This document shows positions 18,529 to 28,098 of a DNA stretch of 64,000 nucleotides, one piece after another; the stretch's first letter is position 1; every line of letters starts with the position of its first letter. The stretch is from Candidatus Latescibacterota bacterium. GTDB taxonomy: Bacteria; Latescibacterota; UBA2968; GCA-2709665. The stretch covers positions 384,001 through 448,000 of the forward strand of contig CBDDDZ010000002.1 of the NCBI GenBank assembly GCA_965226795.1, given 5' to 3'. The translations under genes and the position numbers were made by a program. The notes below the pieces were generated by a model. The model saw only the letters and a program-made list of their open reading frames with translations. It was not told the origin of the DNA and searched no databases.

Positions 18529-19650
18529 TCAAAAATTGAATGATACCGCGGCTCGCAGTCCCTTGTCTCTTGTCGGCGCAATGCTCAGATTGATCCGCGA
18601 CGGGGAAACTTCGACCCATTTTTCGGTTGTTGTCGCGGCACCAATGAGGGTGCCGACAAGTGTCATTGCAGGTACGCCCACCAACGTGACGTAGGCATCG
18701 AGCAGTTTTTCTTGACCCAGTTTATCAGCGTTTGTCGTGTCACTGGGTTTTGACAATATTGCGGCGGCAGCCCCCACAAGTAGACCGATTGCCATGCCTT
18801 TCTTTGTTTTTCGATGCCGCCCCATGCTGACTTCGAAATCGTCTACGAAAGCACGGCGTATTCGTTCGGTGCCACGTTCGGATAGGATCTCAAGTGTGTC
18901 CTGGGAGGAACCTATAAACCTCCCGGTCATCCATTCCGGCGATATCGAGGGTGCCTTTAGGCGGACCCTGGGACCCTGGAGTTCACGCATTGCTTTTCTC
19001 GCTCTCCGCCAGCGATTCATGTCTTTGCGTTTACGGGTTACAACAATGCGCTCGATATCCTCCGCTCGGATTTTTCGTTGGCTACCGTTCCTTGATCTAA
19101 TCACGATATGATTCGCGCTTTTGCGCGTAATCACTCCCGTGGCGGTGTGGCTGACACCGGAGGATCGGTACTCGACGTGTGCGTGCCATCCGATTCTCAG
19201 CTTCCCGAGGTCTAGGTTTTCGCCGGACATCACCGACTCTTGAACCTGCAACATCTCACGCCTTGACATTCGCCACTGCTCGATGCCGCCTGGGCCGTCG
19301 GCGACGGCGAGGATCTTTATATCGTTGCGGGCAATTTCCCATCCCTTCCCTGTACCAGGCACGATGACGATGCGATTCGAATCGAAGTCGACGATTCGGC
19401 CCGTTGCCGCGCTCTCCACGCCCTTCGAATTGAACACCACGTACGCATACAATCCGGGCGAAAGCTTTTTCACATCAAGTTCCTTACCGGGCATGACCGT
19501 AACCGCCTTCGCGTGGAGCCTTTGAATGGCCCCTGCAATAGCCGGATCCCCCTGCTGCGCGCCTCGAAGTTGTGTGGCCGCGTGCGCAAGGGCGGGTGCA
19601 ATCGCGTTTGACATCAGGGTCGCGGTCAAGATGAGTGCGATAGATTTCAT
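18529..19650 (-). CDS. Secreted paralog, 2 repeats plus C-terminal module, ends KGLRAAVSFNF
   Basis: Signal peptide ending AHA; repeats LDxxKLxxGxxAxVxx..ATGxI. Confidence 0.88.
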   Translation of the reverse strand: MKSIALILTATLMSNAIAPALAHAATQLRGAQQGDPAIAGAIQRLHAKAVTVMPGKELDVKKLSPGLYAYVVFNSKGVESAATGRIVDFDSNRIVIVPGTGKGWEIARNDIKILAVADGPGGIEQWRMSRREMLQVQESVMSGENLDLGKLRIGWHAHVEYRSSGVSHTATGVITRKSANHIVIRSRNGSQRKIRAEDIERIVVTRKRKDMNRWRRARKAMRELQGPRVRLKAPSISPEWMTGRFIGSSQDTLEILSERGTERIRRAFVDDFEVSMGRHRKTKKGMAIGLLVGAAAAILSKPSDTTNADKLGQEKLLDAYVTLVGVPAMTLVGTLIGAATTTEKWVEVSPSRINLSIAPTRDKGLRAAVSFNF

Positions 19651-19712
19651 GATTACCCTCCACAGGCTCTTACATGGCGATTTCTGCAGCGTTCGAGACG
19701 TTCTCCGGACGC

Positions 19713-20744
19713 TTATCCCTGGTGCAACGGCGCCGCGGTTTCCATTCGCTCGAGGCCGTCTTTCTCCTTCGGCGCTCCGAACCGTATCGTGCGCGATCCG
19801 AGCAGGAGCAGGAGCAGGCCCAAAAGCATCCAGAAGATCTTTCGGATTCGACGGATAATTCCCACGGCCAATCCGGTACCCGGTTCCAGTCCCATCATAT
19901 GAAAGAGGAATACGTGCCCGCCTTCGAAGACCCCCATGCCGTAGGGAACGAAACCGAATACCACGTTGATCACCATCATCAGTGAATGGAACAGGTACAC
20001 CGAAACGAACGGCAGCGGTTCACCAAGCACCTGGAGAATCACGTAAATTTCCAGCGTGCCGAGGCTCCATGTCAGCAGATGGAGTCCCAACAGGCCCGCC
20101 AGCCTCCATGGGTTCAGCCGGTAAAACGCGGCCAGGTTCCGATCGATTTCGGCCGCCCGGTCGAGGTGCCTTTCCACAAACCTGATCCGCATGCGCATCA
20201 ACAGGTTCACAAGCCCGGTGAACGGATTTCGGCGCTGTCTGACGACGGTCAGAACGACGCCGAACACGGCGACTGTCAGTACGCCGAAGAGGGTCCAGCG
20301 CATCTCCTCCGGAAACGCGAACCGATTGAGACCCGCTATGACGCCGCCCAGGACGAATATAACGCCGCTGATCATCTCGCCCGTTTTATTGAGGACAAGC
20401 GACGACACGCCGGCCGTCACGCCCATTCTCTCTCGCAGCATCATCACTTTGGCCACCTCTTTGCCAATCTGCGACGCCGGCATCACATTGCCCAGCGCCT
20501 CGCCAACCAGTTTCACCCAGAGCAACGGTCTCAACCGGGGCCTCTTTGCCCCTCCATCAAAGCACCTGCGCCAGACCCAGACGTTGTTCGCATACGCCGC
20601 CAGGGTAATTCCTATAATCGGGATATATCCCCAGCCCATCATCAACACGTGCTGCCACACGTCCGGTTCGCCAAGCTGATGCAGCAAAACGCCGAGGCAG
20701 ACGAAGCCCAGCAGCCAGAGCAGTATATACGTTTCCTGTTTCAT
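19713..20744 (-). CDS. Lysylphosphatidylglycerol synthase TM-domain / flippase-like protein (UPF0104)
   Basis: Multi-TM; GNVMPASQIGKE, VPYGMGVFEG, IIRRIR motifs; RBS GAGGAG before ATG 20744. Confidence 0.85.
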   Translation of the reverse strand: MKQETYILLWLLGFVCLGVLLHQLGEPDVWQHVLMMGWGYIPIIGITLAAYANNVWVWRRCFDGGAKRPRLRPLLWVKLVGEALGNVMPASQIGKEVAKVMMLRERMGVTAGVSSLVLNKTGEMISGVIFVLGGVIAGLNRFAFPEEMRWTLFGVLTVAVFGVVLTVVRQRRNPFTGLVNLLMRMRIRFVERHLDRAAEIDRNLAAFYRLNPWRLAGLLGLHLLTWSLGTLEIYVILQVLGEPLPFVSVYLFHSLMMVINVVFGFVPYGMGVFEGGHVFLFHMMGLEPGTGLAVGIIRRIRKIFWMLLGLLLLLLGSRTIRFGAPKEKDGLERMETAAPLHQG

Positions 20745-20769
20745 CAAATTCTCCTCGAATACCTGCTTG

Positions 20770-21417
20770 TTAGATGACAACCCTTTTGGCCGCCGTGATG
20801 ACGGGAATACCTCTTATCGCGCACAGGGCGACGGTCAGGTAGGCCGCCGCCAGTGCGACCATCTCCACACCCGGTTCGATCCCGGCCGCGAGGTTCGACG
20901 AATGTTGCACCGCGTTCAGGATGAACAACGCGACGAACGCGATCACCTTTGCAACACCGTACGTCGCCCGGCTTGCACGCGAGGCAACCAGGGCGCACCC
21001 GATGGGCGACCGCATCATCGATGTCTCACCGAACGCGGTCTCACCGCGGGCCAGCGCGCAACTCCGGATCGCGTCCGTCACGAATCCCCTGCTGAGTACC
21101 ACCAGCGGAACCCAGAGGGGGATCAGATGCAGCCACGCGAACACCACCCACCACACGTTCTCCGCAATCCGGTCCCCCACAATGTCGAGCAATCCGCCGA
21201 CCTTGCTCTCGCATCCCAGCCGGCGTGCGGCGTACCCGTCCAGCCAGTCCATCAGCAGTGCGGCGAACGCCAGGGGTACCGCAATCCAGGCCAGCACGGA
21301 ATTTCCGGTGACCGCAAAGGCCGCCGCCAGAAACAGGCAGACGACCCGGAAGGCGGTAATCAGGTTGGCAACGTGGCGCTGAAGGGTGGCTGCAAACGTC
21401 AATGTGTGTGTTGACAT
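20770..21417 (-). CDS. CDP-alcohol phosphatidyltransferase (PgsA-like)
   Basis: ANLITAFR, DWLDGYAARRLG..GGLLDIVGDR signature; RBS AAGGAGG before ATG 21417. Confidence 0.92.
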   Translation of the reverse strand: MSTHTLTFAATLQRHVANLITAFRVVCLFLAAAFAVTGNSVLAWIAVPLAFAALLMDWLDGYAARRLGCESKVGGLLDIVGDRIAENVWWVVFAWLHLIPLWVPLVVLSRGFVTDAIRSCALARGETAFGETSMMRSPIGCALVASRASRATYGVAKVIAFVALFILNAVQHSSNLAAGIEPGVEMVALAAAYLTVALCAIRGIPVITAAKRVVI

Positions 21418-21447
21418 ATCGTCCTCCTTCCATGCAGCACCCTTTTC

Positions 21448-21462
21448 GCAAACCCCGTGCCA
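21448..21462 (-). promoter_or_regulatory. Sigma54 -24/-12 promoter
   Basis: Minus strand TGGCACGGGGTTTGC matches TGGCAC-N5-TTGC exactly, 30 nt upstream of the ATG. Tandem GC(A/C)A-N8-TTGC sites at 21528-21543 and 21548-21563. Confidence 0.85.
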
Positions 21463-21666
21463 TAACCGTCTGGAGCCGAAATCAGCGCGTTTCGATGGTT
21501 TTTGGCCCCCAAGAACGCCCGACAGGTGCCATCCTTTACTTGCACCCGCAATTCCGGTCTTGCAGGCAACAGAAGAGAAATACAAAAAAGATCCCGACGA
21601 CACGAGATGTGTCGTCGGGTCGGCTTGGAGAGATGACGATCCAACTACATTGCTTATTGTTATAAT

Positions 21667-21892
21667 TTTACGTCCTTTTTCTTGTACGCCCAAGAAAAAG
21701 GACCAAAAAGAACGGCGCCTGCCTGCCGAGGACGGCTCGGCGCAGGCAGGCCGCTCGGCGCGGAGCCGGTTTTTCCGCGAATTACCACAGGGGTCAAAAC
21801 GAGCGTCGTTGCCCTGTCAGGACAGCCGGTGATCAAGTGCGTCGTTGCTGAATGGAATGACGCGGAAAAACCCTCAACGCCGCCACCGGGTG
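21667..21892 (+). repeat. Non-coding repeat, copy A (contains a ~118-bp insertion)
   Basis: Matches 26194-26296: TTTTTCTT..CGCC..AAAAG..CCAAAAAGAA.GGCGCCTGCCTGCCGA..ACGGCTCGGCGC, then GCGGAAAA..CCGCCACCGGG. Confidence 0.75.
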
Positions 21893-22569
21893 GCCGGGAG
21901 CCAGATCTTGAGGGGCCACAAGGCGGTTGGCGAACCGGCCATAAAAAAAATTCCGTACGCGGTTCCGTACAATGATGATGGAAGACGTTAAAGCGCGGAG
22001 AATCCAGCTTCACCCGCAAAGCGGGTGAACTGTTGTTACGGTGATTTTTCGGGACACCAGGGGACGCCTGGTTCTGGGGTTCGAGCTTGATGGTGAGCGG
22101 TGCGATTCATACCGCGAACAAACCCCCCGCCGAGCGGCGACTTCTAAAAGTGGAAAGAAGAGAGAGGGAAGAAGGGAGACGGGTGGGTAACTTTGTCATA
22201 GGACACCTTCGGAACCGGAGTCTCGCCAACTGAAAATAAGAAGTGGATCAGGAAAGAAGGCGCGAAACCGGTGGTTGGCGGAGCGGTCGTCTCACTTCTC
22301 CCGTCTTACTTCTCGAGTTTTTTCGGAACCCGCCGGAGGCAGGGAATCTGGGGAGATGTGGATGTTGAATTTTGGTTTTTCCCGTTTCCTTTCGACCTCG
22401 CGCCGAATGCATGTGAATTAGGGGTCCCGAAGGGACCCGTATTGGGGGGTGATTGGGTCGTCTTCGGATTTTCGCTTTTTGCTTCAAGTTCAAGATGTCC
22501 GCTGAATGCTGATAGCTGGCGGCCGGGTTGCGGGGTGGTCTTCTTCCGTCTTCCGTCTCACGTCTCGCC

Positions 22570-23967
22570 TTATCTGTAGATCACGGGGTCGATCCCGAGT
22601 TCTTTGACTTTCTGCTGCAGCGCCTGGCGTTTCATACCGATGGCCGGCGCAGTGCGGCTTATATTTCCGTTGTGGTGTTCCAGCGCCGATCGAATAAACC
22701 TTGCCTCGAAGTCCTGTACGACCTCCTGTTTGGCGTCCTGAAAGAAAACACCCTCACTCCATGCGGGCGCGCCGGCGCCGGTGGATTCCGTACCGCCCGC
22801 CCGGATTTCCTCCGGAAGCAGATCTCTGCTCAGGACGGTACCCTCGGCGAAAATGACCGCACGCTCGACCGCGTGCATCAGTTCGCGAATATTGCCCGGC
22901 CAGGCGTATGCCACCAGCAGTTTCATCGCATCGGCAGGCAGTTCCGTTACGGTCTTTCCATGCCGTCGGTTGAATCGCTCCAGGAAATATTGCAAAAGCA
23001 GGGGAATATCCTCGCACCTGTCGCGCAGCGCCGGCAGGAAGATATCCACTACTTTCAATCGATAAAAGAGGTCCTCCCGGAACCGCCCTCGCGCAATCTC
23101 ATCGGAAAGGTCGCGATTGGTGGCGCTGATCATCCGAACGTCCACAGCCACCGTCTCGGTGCCGCCCAGCCGCTCGAATCGTTGCTCCTGGAGCACGCGG
23201 AGCAGCTTTGCCTGGGTCTCGACGTGCATGTCCCCGATTTCGTCCAAAAAGAGCGTTCCGCCGTCCGCAAGCTCGAATCTGCCCTGCCGACGAGACGCGG
23301 CTCCCGTAAAGGCGCCCTTCTCATGGCCGAACAGTTCGCTTTCGATCAACTCGGTGGGAAACGCCGCGGCATTCACGGCGACAAACGGTCGTTCCTTCCG
23401 CCCGCTGTGTTCGTGAATGGCCCGCGCCACGAGTTCCTTTCCGGTCCCGCTCTCACCGTGAACCAGAACGGCGGCATCCGTTCCGGCCACCTTGCCGATC
23501 ATGTCGTAAACCCGCTCCATGGTCCGGCTCCGTCCAATGAGCATTCCGAACCCGGACTGCCGCCGAATCTCGTCGCGGAGCGTTTCGTTCTCTCTGCGCA
23601 ACCGAACGGTCTCGAGGACATTTTGAACCAGGCAGCGAAGTTCGTCCACGTCGTAGGGTTTGCTAATGTAGTCATACGCGCCCGCCTTCATCGCCTCCAC
23701 GGCAATCCGCTCCGATCCGTACGCTGTTATGACAATGACCGGTGGCGCGTTTCCCTGTTCGCCCAGCCGCTTCACCAGCGTCAACCCATCCATTTTCGGC
23801 ATCTGAATGTCGCAGATCAACAGATCGGGACCGCTGCGCGCGATTTCCTCGAGTGCCGCCGTTCCATCACCCGCTTCGACAACCTCGCAGGAAAGCACCG
23901 CCAGTGCCCGCTTCAGCCCGTGCCGCGCGGCCGGATCGTCGTCTACAACCAGAATCTTATGCCGCAT
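22570..23967 (-). CDS. Sigma54-dependent response regulator (REC-AAA+-HTH)
   Basis: KILVVDDD, CDIQMP, GESGTGKE, GAFTGA, LDEIGD, WPGNIREL; start overlaps the kinase stop. Confidence 0.96.
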   Translation of the reverse strand: MRHKILVVDDDPAARHGLKRALAVLSCEVVEAGDGTAALEEIARSGPDLLICDIQMPKMDGLTLVKRLGEQGNAPPVIVITAYGSERIAVEAMKAGAYDYISKPYDVDELRCLVQNVLETVRLRRENETLRDEIRRQSGFGMLIGRSRTMERVYDMIGKVAGTDAAVLVHGESGTGKELVARAIHEHSGRKERPFVAVNAAAFPTELIESELFGHEKGAFTGAASRRQGRFELADGGTLFLDEIGDMHVETQAKLLRVLQEQRFERLGGTETVAVDVRMISATNRDLSDEIARGRFREDLFYRLKVVDIFLPALRDRCEDIPLLLQYFLERFNRRHGKTVTELPADAMKLLVAYAWPGNIRELMHAVERAVIFAEGTVLSRDLLPEEIRAGGTESTGAGAPAWSEGVFFQDAKQEVVQDFEARFIRSALEHHNGNISRTAPAIGMKRQALQQKVKELGIDPVIYR

Positions 23968-26080
23968 TGTCCGCTCCAGGAAGTTGAACTTCGAACACCG
24001 CACCCGATCGATGCCCGTTCGCAGCGGCAATCGTTCCCCCAATTCGCTCCACGTCGCGCTTTACAATGGCAAGCCCAAGGCCCGTTCCCGAAGCCTTTGT
24101 GGTAAAAAACGGCTCGAAAACGTGGGAAAGGGCCTCTTCCGAAATTCCCGGCCCGGTATCCGAAACACGCACCGCGACCCGCCAGTCAGAACGCTCCGCC
24201 CGCACCGTCAACCGCCGCTCCGTCGTTTGTTCCGCTTCGTCCATTGCCTGGATGCCGTTAAGGATCAGATTGAAAAACACCTCTTTCAAATCCTCAGGAT
24301 CGCTTGTAACCACAAGGCCTTCCGCAACCTCGGCCCGGATTTCCACCTTCCGTCGTTCCGCCTCGTGCGACAGGATCAACACCACGTCATCGAGCACGGC
24401 CTTCATGTCCACGGGCTGAAACGTATCGCCCTGTTTCGGCTGCGCAAACCTGAGAAGCCGGTCCACCACGCGGCCCAACCTGTCGATTTCGTTCAATACA
24501 ACGGTCAGATCACCGGACTTGGCGGGGTCGTTCCCCAGGTCTTCCCGCAGCACGGTGGTAATCGCTTTGATCGAACTCAACGGATTCTTCACCTCGTGCG
24601 CGATGCTCGCCGATAGCAGCCCCAGCGCGGAGAGCCGTTCTGCCTCGTACATGCGCCGTTCAAGTTGCAGGCGGCGATCCACCAGGCGCGTATTTTCCAC
24701 GGCCAGCGCAATCTGATTGCAGAGCGTACCGAGCAGCTCCCACTCCTCCGAGGAAAAGGGCACTCCCCGTTTTTTCTCTCCAAGGCACAGAAACCCGGCG
24801 AGCTTCTCCTCCTGCATCACCGGAATACACAGCCTGACCCCCTGCACGGCGAGGATCGAGGCGAGGGCAGGACGATGCAATTCGCCCACGTCCAGTGCTC
24901 GCCGGTGTGACAACATCCAATCCGCGACCTGCTCAATATGCGTCCGATTGTCTTCACTTCGACTGAACGGCGCTGTGGGCGGATCGAACCCCGTGAGCCC
25001 GCTCCCGGAAATTACCCGAAGTTCGCCGACGTGGCCCTCGTCGTAATCGAACAACACAAGCGAGACGAGGTGTACCTTGAGCACCGTTCCCACTGCGTCC
25101 ACCACCGCCTTCAACCGACTCTCGAGCGCGTCCGGCACGTTCAACGTCTGGCTCAGCGTACCCAGCAGGTGCTGATACTCGTAGCGCGCGTTAAAGAACA
25201 GGCGATTGATCGCGCCCTGTAGCCGATTCTTGACCGGCTGAAAGAGAAAGATTAACAGGGAAATCAACACCGCCTCAACGACTTCCACCCGGAACCCGCC
25301 GCTCAGGCGGCCAAACTCTTCAGCAACGCGTCGGATCACAAGCAAGTAGACCGTCAGGACGATGCCCGTAAGCGCGGAATAGAGCAAAGCCGGATTCACC
25401 ACGATCCGGAAAAAGCTGTACCTGTAAATATAGTAACCGAGAATATAGGCAGGCGCGATCGGCGAGAGAAACAGCGCGAGGTCGAGCGCAGGACCCACTA
25501 TGGCGAGTTTGATTCCCCCCATCGGATATGCCGCGCCGGCCAGAACGGCGATGGCGGCAAGCGCGAGAGCGGTCAGCCGGTAGAACGACCTCTGCACCTC
25601 CGTTGCCAACCGCCCGGCAAATACCCGGCAAAACCACGCCGAATACAGCAGCGCCAGAATGGTGTAGAGACTGAAGCCCACGCGCTTCAGTGGCATTTCC
25701 CACAAACCTATAAGGAATATGATCAGACCGGGCACAACCGCGAACGGAACCAGATTGCGGCGCATCCAGGCCGCGATCCGCGTCTTTTGCTCATCCGCGG
25801 AAACCAGCACCGTGGCCAGCAGCGCGGACGGTAGAAAGCACTGCCCGAATCGCGCGACCTGGGCCGCATAGGCCGCCGCGCGAGCGCCGGGTGACGCCTG
25901 TTCTATCAGAATGCGCAATGCGTCTCCCGTGTACCAGAGCGCCCCCGCAAGAATCAATAACAACAGCGGTAGCGGCGTGCCCCTGCGCTTAATGGCGGAT
26001 ACAAAAATGCCCCAGAGCAGCGCTGCGGCGACCGCCCCGCCGACCAGCCAGATCGTGTCATATAGCGAAAGGTCAATCAT
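23957..26080 (-). CDS. Multi-TM GAF sensor histidine kinase
   Basis: About 9 N-terminal TM helices, GAF-like domain, AHEVKNPL, DTGPGI, FFTTKASGTGLGL. Confidence 0.95.
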   Translation of the reverse strand: MIDLSLYDTIWLVGGAVAAALLWGIFVSAIKRRGTPLPLLLLILAGALWYTGDALRILIEQASPGARAAAYAAQVARFGQCFLPSALLATVLVSADEQKTRIAAWMRRNLVPFAVVPGLIIFLIGLWEMPLKRVGFSLYTILALLYSAWFCRVFAGRLATEVQRSFYRLTALALAAIAVLAGAAYPMGGIKLAIVGPALDLALFLSPIAPAYILGYYIYRYSFFRIVVNPALLYSALTGIVLTVYLLVIRRVAEEFGRLSGGFRVEVVEAVLISLLIFLFQPVKNRLQGAINRLFFNARYEYQHLLGTLSQTLNVPDALESRLKAVVDAVGTVLKVHLVSLVLFDYDEGHVGELRVISGSGLTGFDPPTAPFSRSEDNRTHIEQVADWMLSHRRALDVGELHRPALASILAVQGVRLCIPVMQEEKLAGFLCLGEKKRGVPFSSEEWELLGTLCNQIALAVENTRLVDRRLQLERRMYEAERLSALGLLSASIAHEVKNPLSSIKAITTVLREDLGNDPAKSGDLTVVLNEIDRLGRVVDRLLRFAQPKQGDTFQPVDMKAVLDDVVLILSHEAERRKVEIRAEVAEGLVVTSDPEDLKEVFFNLILNGIQAMDEAEQTTERRLTVRAERSDWRVAVRVSDTGPGISEEALSHVFEPFFTTKASGTGLGLAIVKRDVERIGGTIAAANGHRSGAVFEVQLPGADNAA

Positions 26081-26193
26081 CTCGGATTATCCAGTATCCT
26101 GCCGAAGGCATGGTAACACCGGAAAACGGCGAATGATGGGTTGTGCTCTGGGCCCAGCAGGTCATTTTCTTCCCTTCATAATTGTTTTTTTTC

Positions 26194-26296
26194 TTTACGC
26201 CCTTTTTCTTTCGCGCCAAAGGAAAAGGGCCAAAAAGAATGGCGCCTGCCTGCCGAACACGGCTCGGCGCGGAAAAGCCCCCCACTCCGCCACCGG
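26194..26296 (+). repeat. Non-coding repeat, copy B
   Basis: Direct-orientation homolog of 21667-21892. Confidence 0.75.
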
Positions 26297-26497
26297 GCGG
26301 CGGTGAGTTTTATCGCGAGGGACCGCCGCGCGGTTTGTCGTCGTACCGCGTTTTGACTGACTGCTGATCGCTGTTCTTCCAATATGAAATTAGTGAAAAC
26401 AGGGTGGGATTTCAACTCAAACTGCGGGTAGACCCCGTGAGAGGTTCACCCGGCCACCCTCGTTGAAGGGGAGTCGGGTTGGGGGGTACGCAGTAGA

Positions 26498-27302
26498 TCA
26501 ACTCCCGGTGGAACAATAGTGGCGGACCCCTCGATTCCAGACGCGGAGGGCGATGAGCAGGAAGACCACGCCCGCCGCGGGTGACAGCCACTGGATCAAC
26601 AGGGTGGATCCGAGGGGGTCGGTTCGCCCCAGGATGGCCAGGGCGAGGAGGTAGGTGATCCCGGCCAGGGGGACGACGTATGTAAAGAAGCGGCGGAACC
26701 AGGGTGGGTAAATAACGAAGGGGAACTGGGCGGCCTCGGTGCCGCCGTTAGTGAGGGCGTTGGCGATTTCCAGGCCCTCAGTCGTCCAGAAGGCGAGGGT
26801 TGCCTGAAGAACGAAGAGACCGAAAAAGAGGCAGACCCCGCCCATAATGGCCCCCGTTGCGAGGGCGACTGTGGCTGCAGACCAGTCGATCTGGAGGGCG
26901 TACTGAGCCCAAAGCAGCACGGCGAGGCCCTGGAGGAACCGGCCGATTCGCAGGAGGTGGAGTTCCTGGCCGACCAGTTGCAGGGCGGCACTTCGGGGGC
27001 GTAGCAGAAGGCGGTCGAAATCGCCGCTCCTGACCCATGTGCCAAAGGTGTCAAACCCCCGTGCGGCGCCCTCGGCAACGGCGAAGGCGATGTTGACCAT
27101 GCCATACAGCAGTCCCACCTCGGGCAGCGTCCAGCCCTGGATGCTGCCCGAGGTGGCTGAACAGCACCCAGAGAGCGGCGAAGTCCAGACCGGTTAACAG
27201 AAAATATCCCGCGGTCAGCATAACGAACGAGGCTCGGTACTGCATCTGGCCTTGAATGGAGATCGCGGCATAACGAAAGTACAGACGCAGGGCGTTGCGC
27301 AT
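26498..27302 (-). pseudogene. ABC-2 family permease (DUF990-like), +1 frameshift at ~27148
   Basis: MRNALRLYF..QYRASF joins GSIQGWTLPEVGLLYG..GDFDRLLLRP..YCSTGS after removing 1 nt. Span 805 = 3n+1. Confidence 0.85.
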
Positions 27303-27306
27303 ACTG

Positions 27307-28098
27307 CTATCCTCCCTGAATGACCAGCCGGCGGATTCCCCGGGCGAGCAGAAGGCGTCCCACGACGATCAAACCGAGGGTCCAGGCCAACTGGTGTGCG
27401 AAGAGCGGAAGGATTTCCGACGGAGGGATGTGGCCGATGTAGAGGCGAAATGGCACATCCATGAGTCCCCGGAAGGGCAGGATATCGAGGACGGTTCGCG
27501 CCCAGGCGGGAAAAAAGGGCAGGGGGACATACATGCCGGAAAAAATCGCCACGGCGGCGACCATGAGCGAGGAGATGCCCTGGCCCGAGACCGTCCAGAG
27601 CATGGAGATGTTGAGCAGATTCGCAATCGCGGTGCCCAGGAGAAGGGCCCCGAGGGTTGCGAGCGCCCAGGCGCCCGCGGAAGCCCAGGAGGCCGGGGGT
27701 TGAAGGCCGAAGAAAAGCCCGGCGATCACGAACATCGGGGCCGCCCGCAACAGCGTGGGGGCGGTTCGCCTGGCGAGGTCCCGGCAGAACCAGAACGCGC
27801 ACAGGTCCAGGGGCCGAACGAGTTCGTAAACCACCTGGCCCGACCGGATCATCGCGCGCATTTCCCTGTCTATGATCCAGGGCAGCATGCCCAGGAGCGC
27901 CTGGCCCAGCCAGATGTAGGTGATGACGTCCGTAAGGCTCATCGGCTGTGGAGCCGTGGTGGAGCGGTAGAAGGCGGTGAAGAACATCATGCGAATCAGG
28001 CCCCAGAATACCTGGGTACCCAGTCCGGCCAGGGCCGCTACCCGGTATTGCAGCAGCATCCGGAACCGGGCGCTGACCACGGCTGCATAGGCTTTCAT
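27307..28098 (-). CDS. ABC-2 family permease (DUF990-like)
   Basis: QYR, YIWLGQ, IRSGQVVYELVRP, C-terminal IQGG. Confidence 0.92.
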   Translation of the reverse strand: MKAYAAVVSARFRMLLQYRVAALAGLGTQVFWGLIRMMFFTAFYRSTTAPQPMSLTDVITYIWLGQALLGMLPWIIDREMRAMIRSGQVVYELVRPLDLCAFWFCRDLARRTAPTLLRAAPMFVIAGLFFGLQPPASWASAGAWALATLGALLLGTAIANLLNISMLWTVSGQGISSLMVAAVAIFSGMYVPLPFFPAWARTVLDILPFRGLMDVPFRLYIGHIPPSEILPLFAHQLAWTLGLIVVGRLLLARGIRRLVIQGG

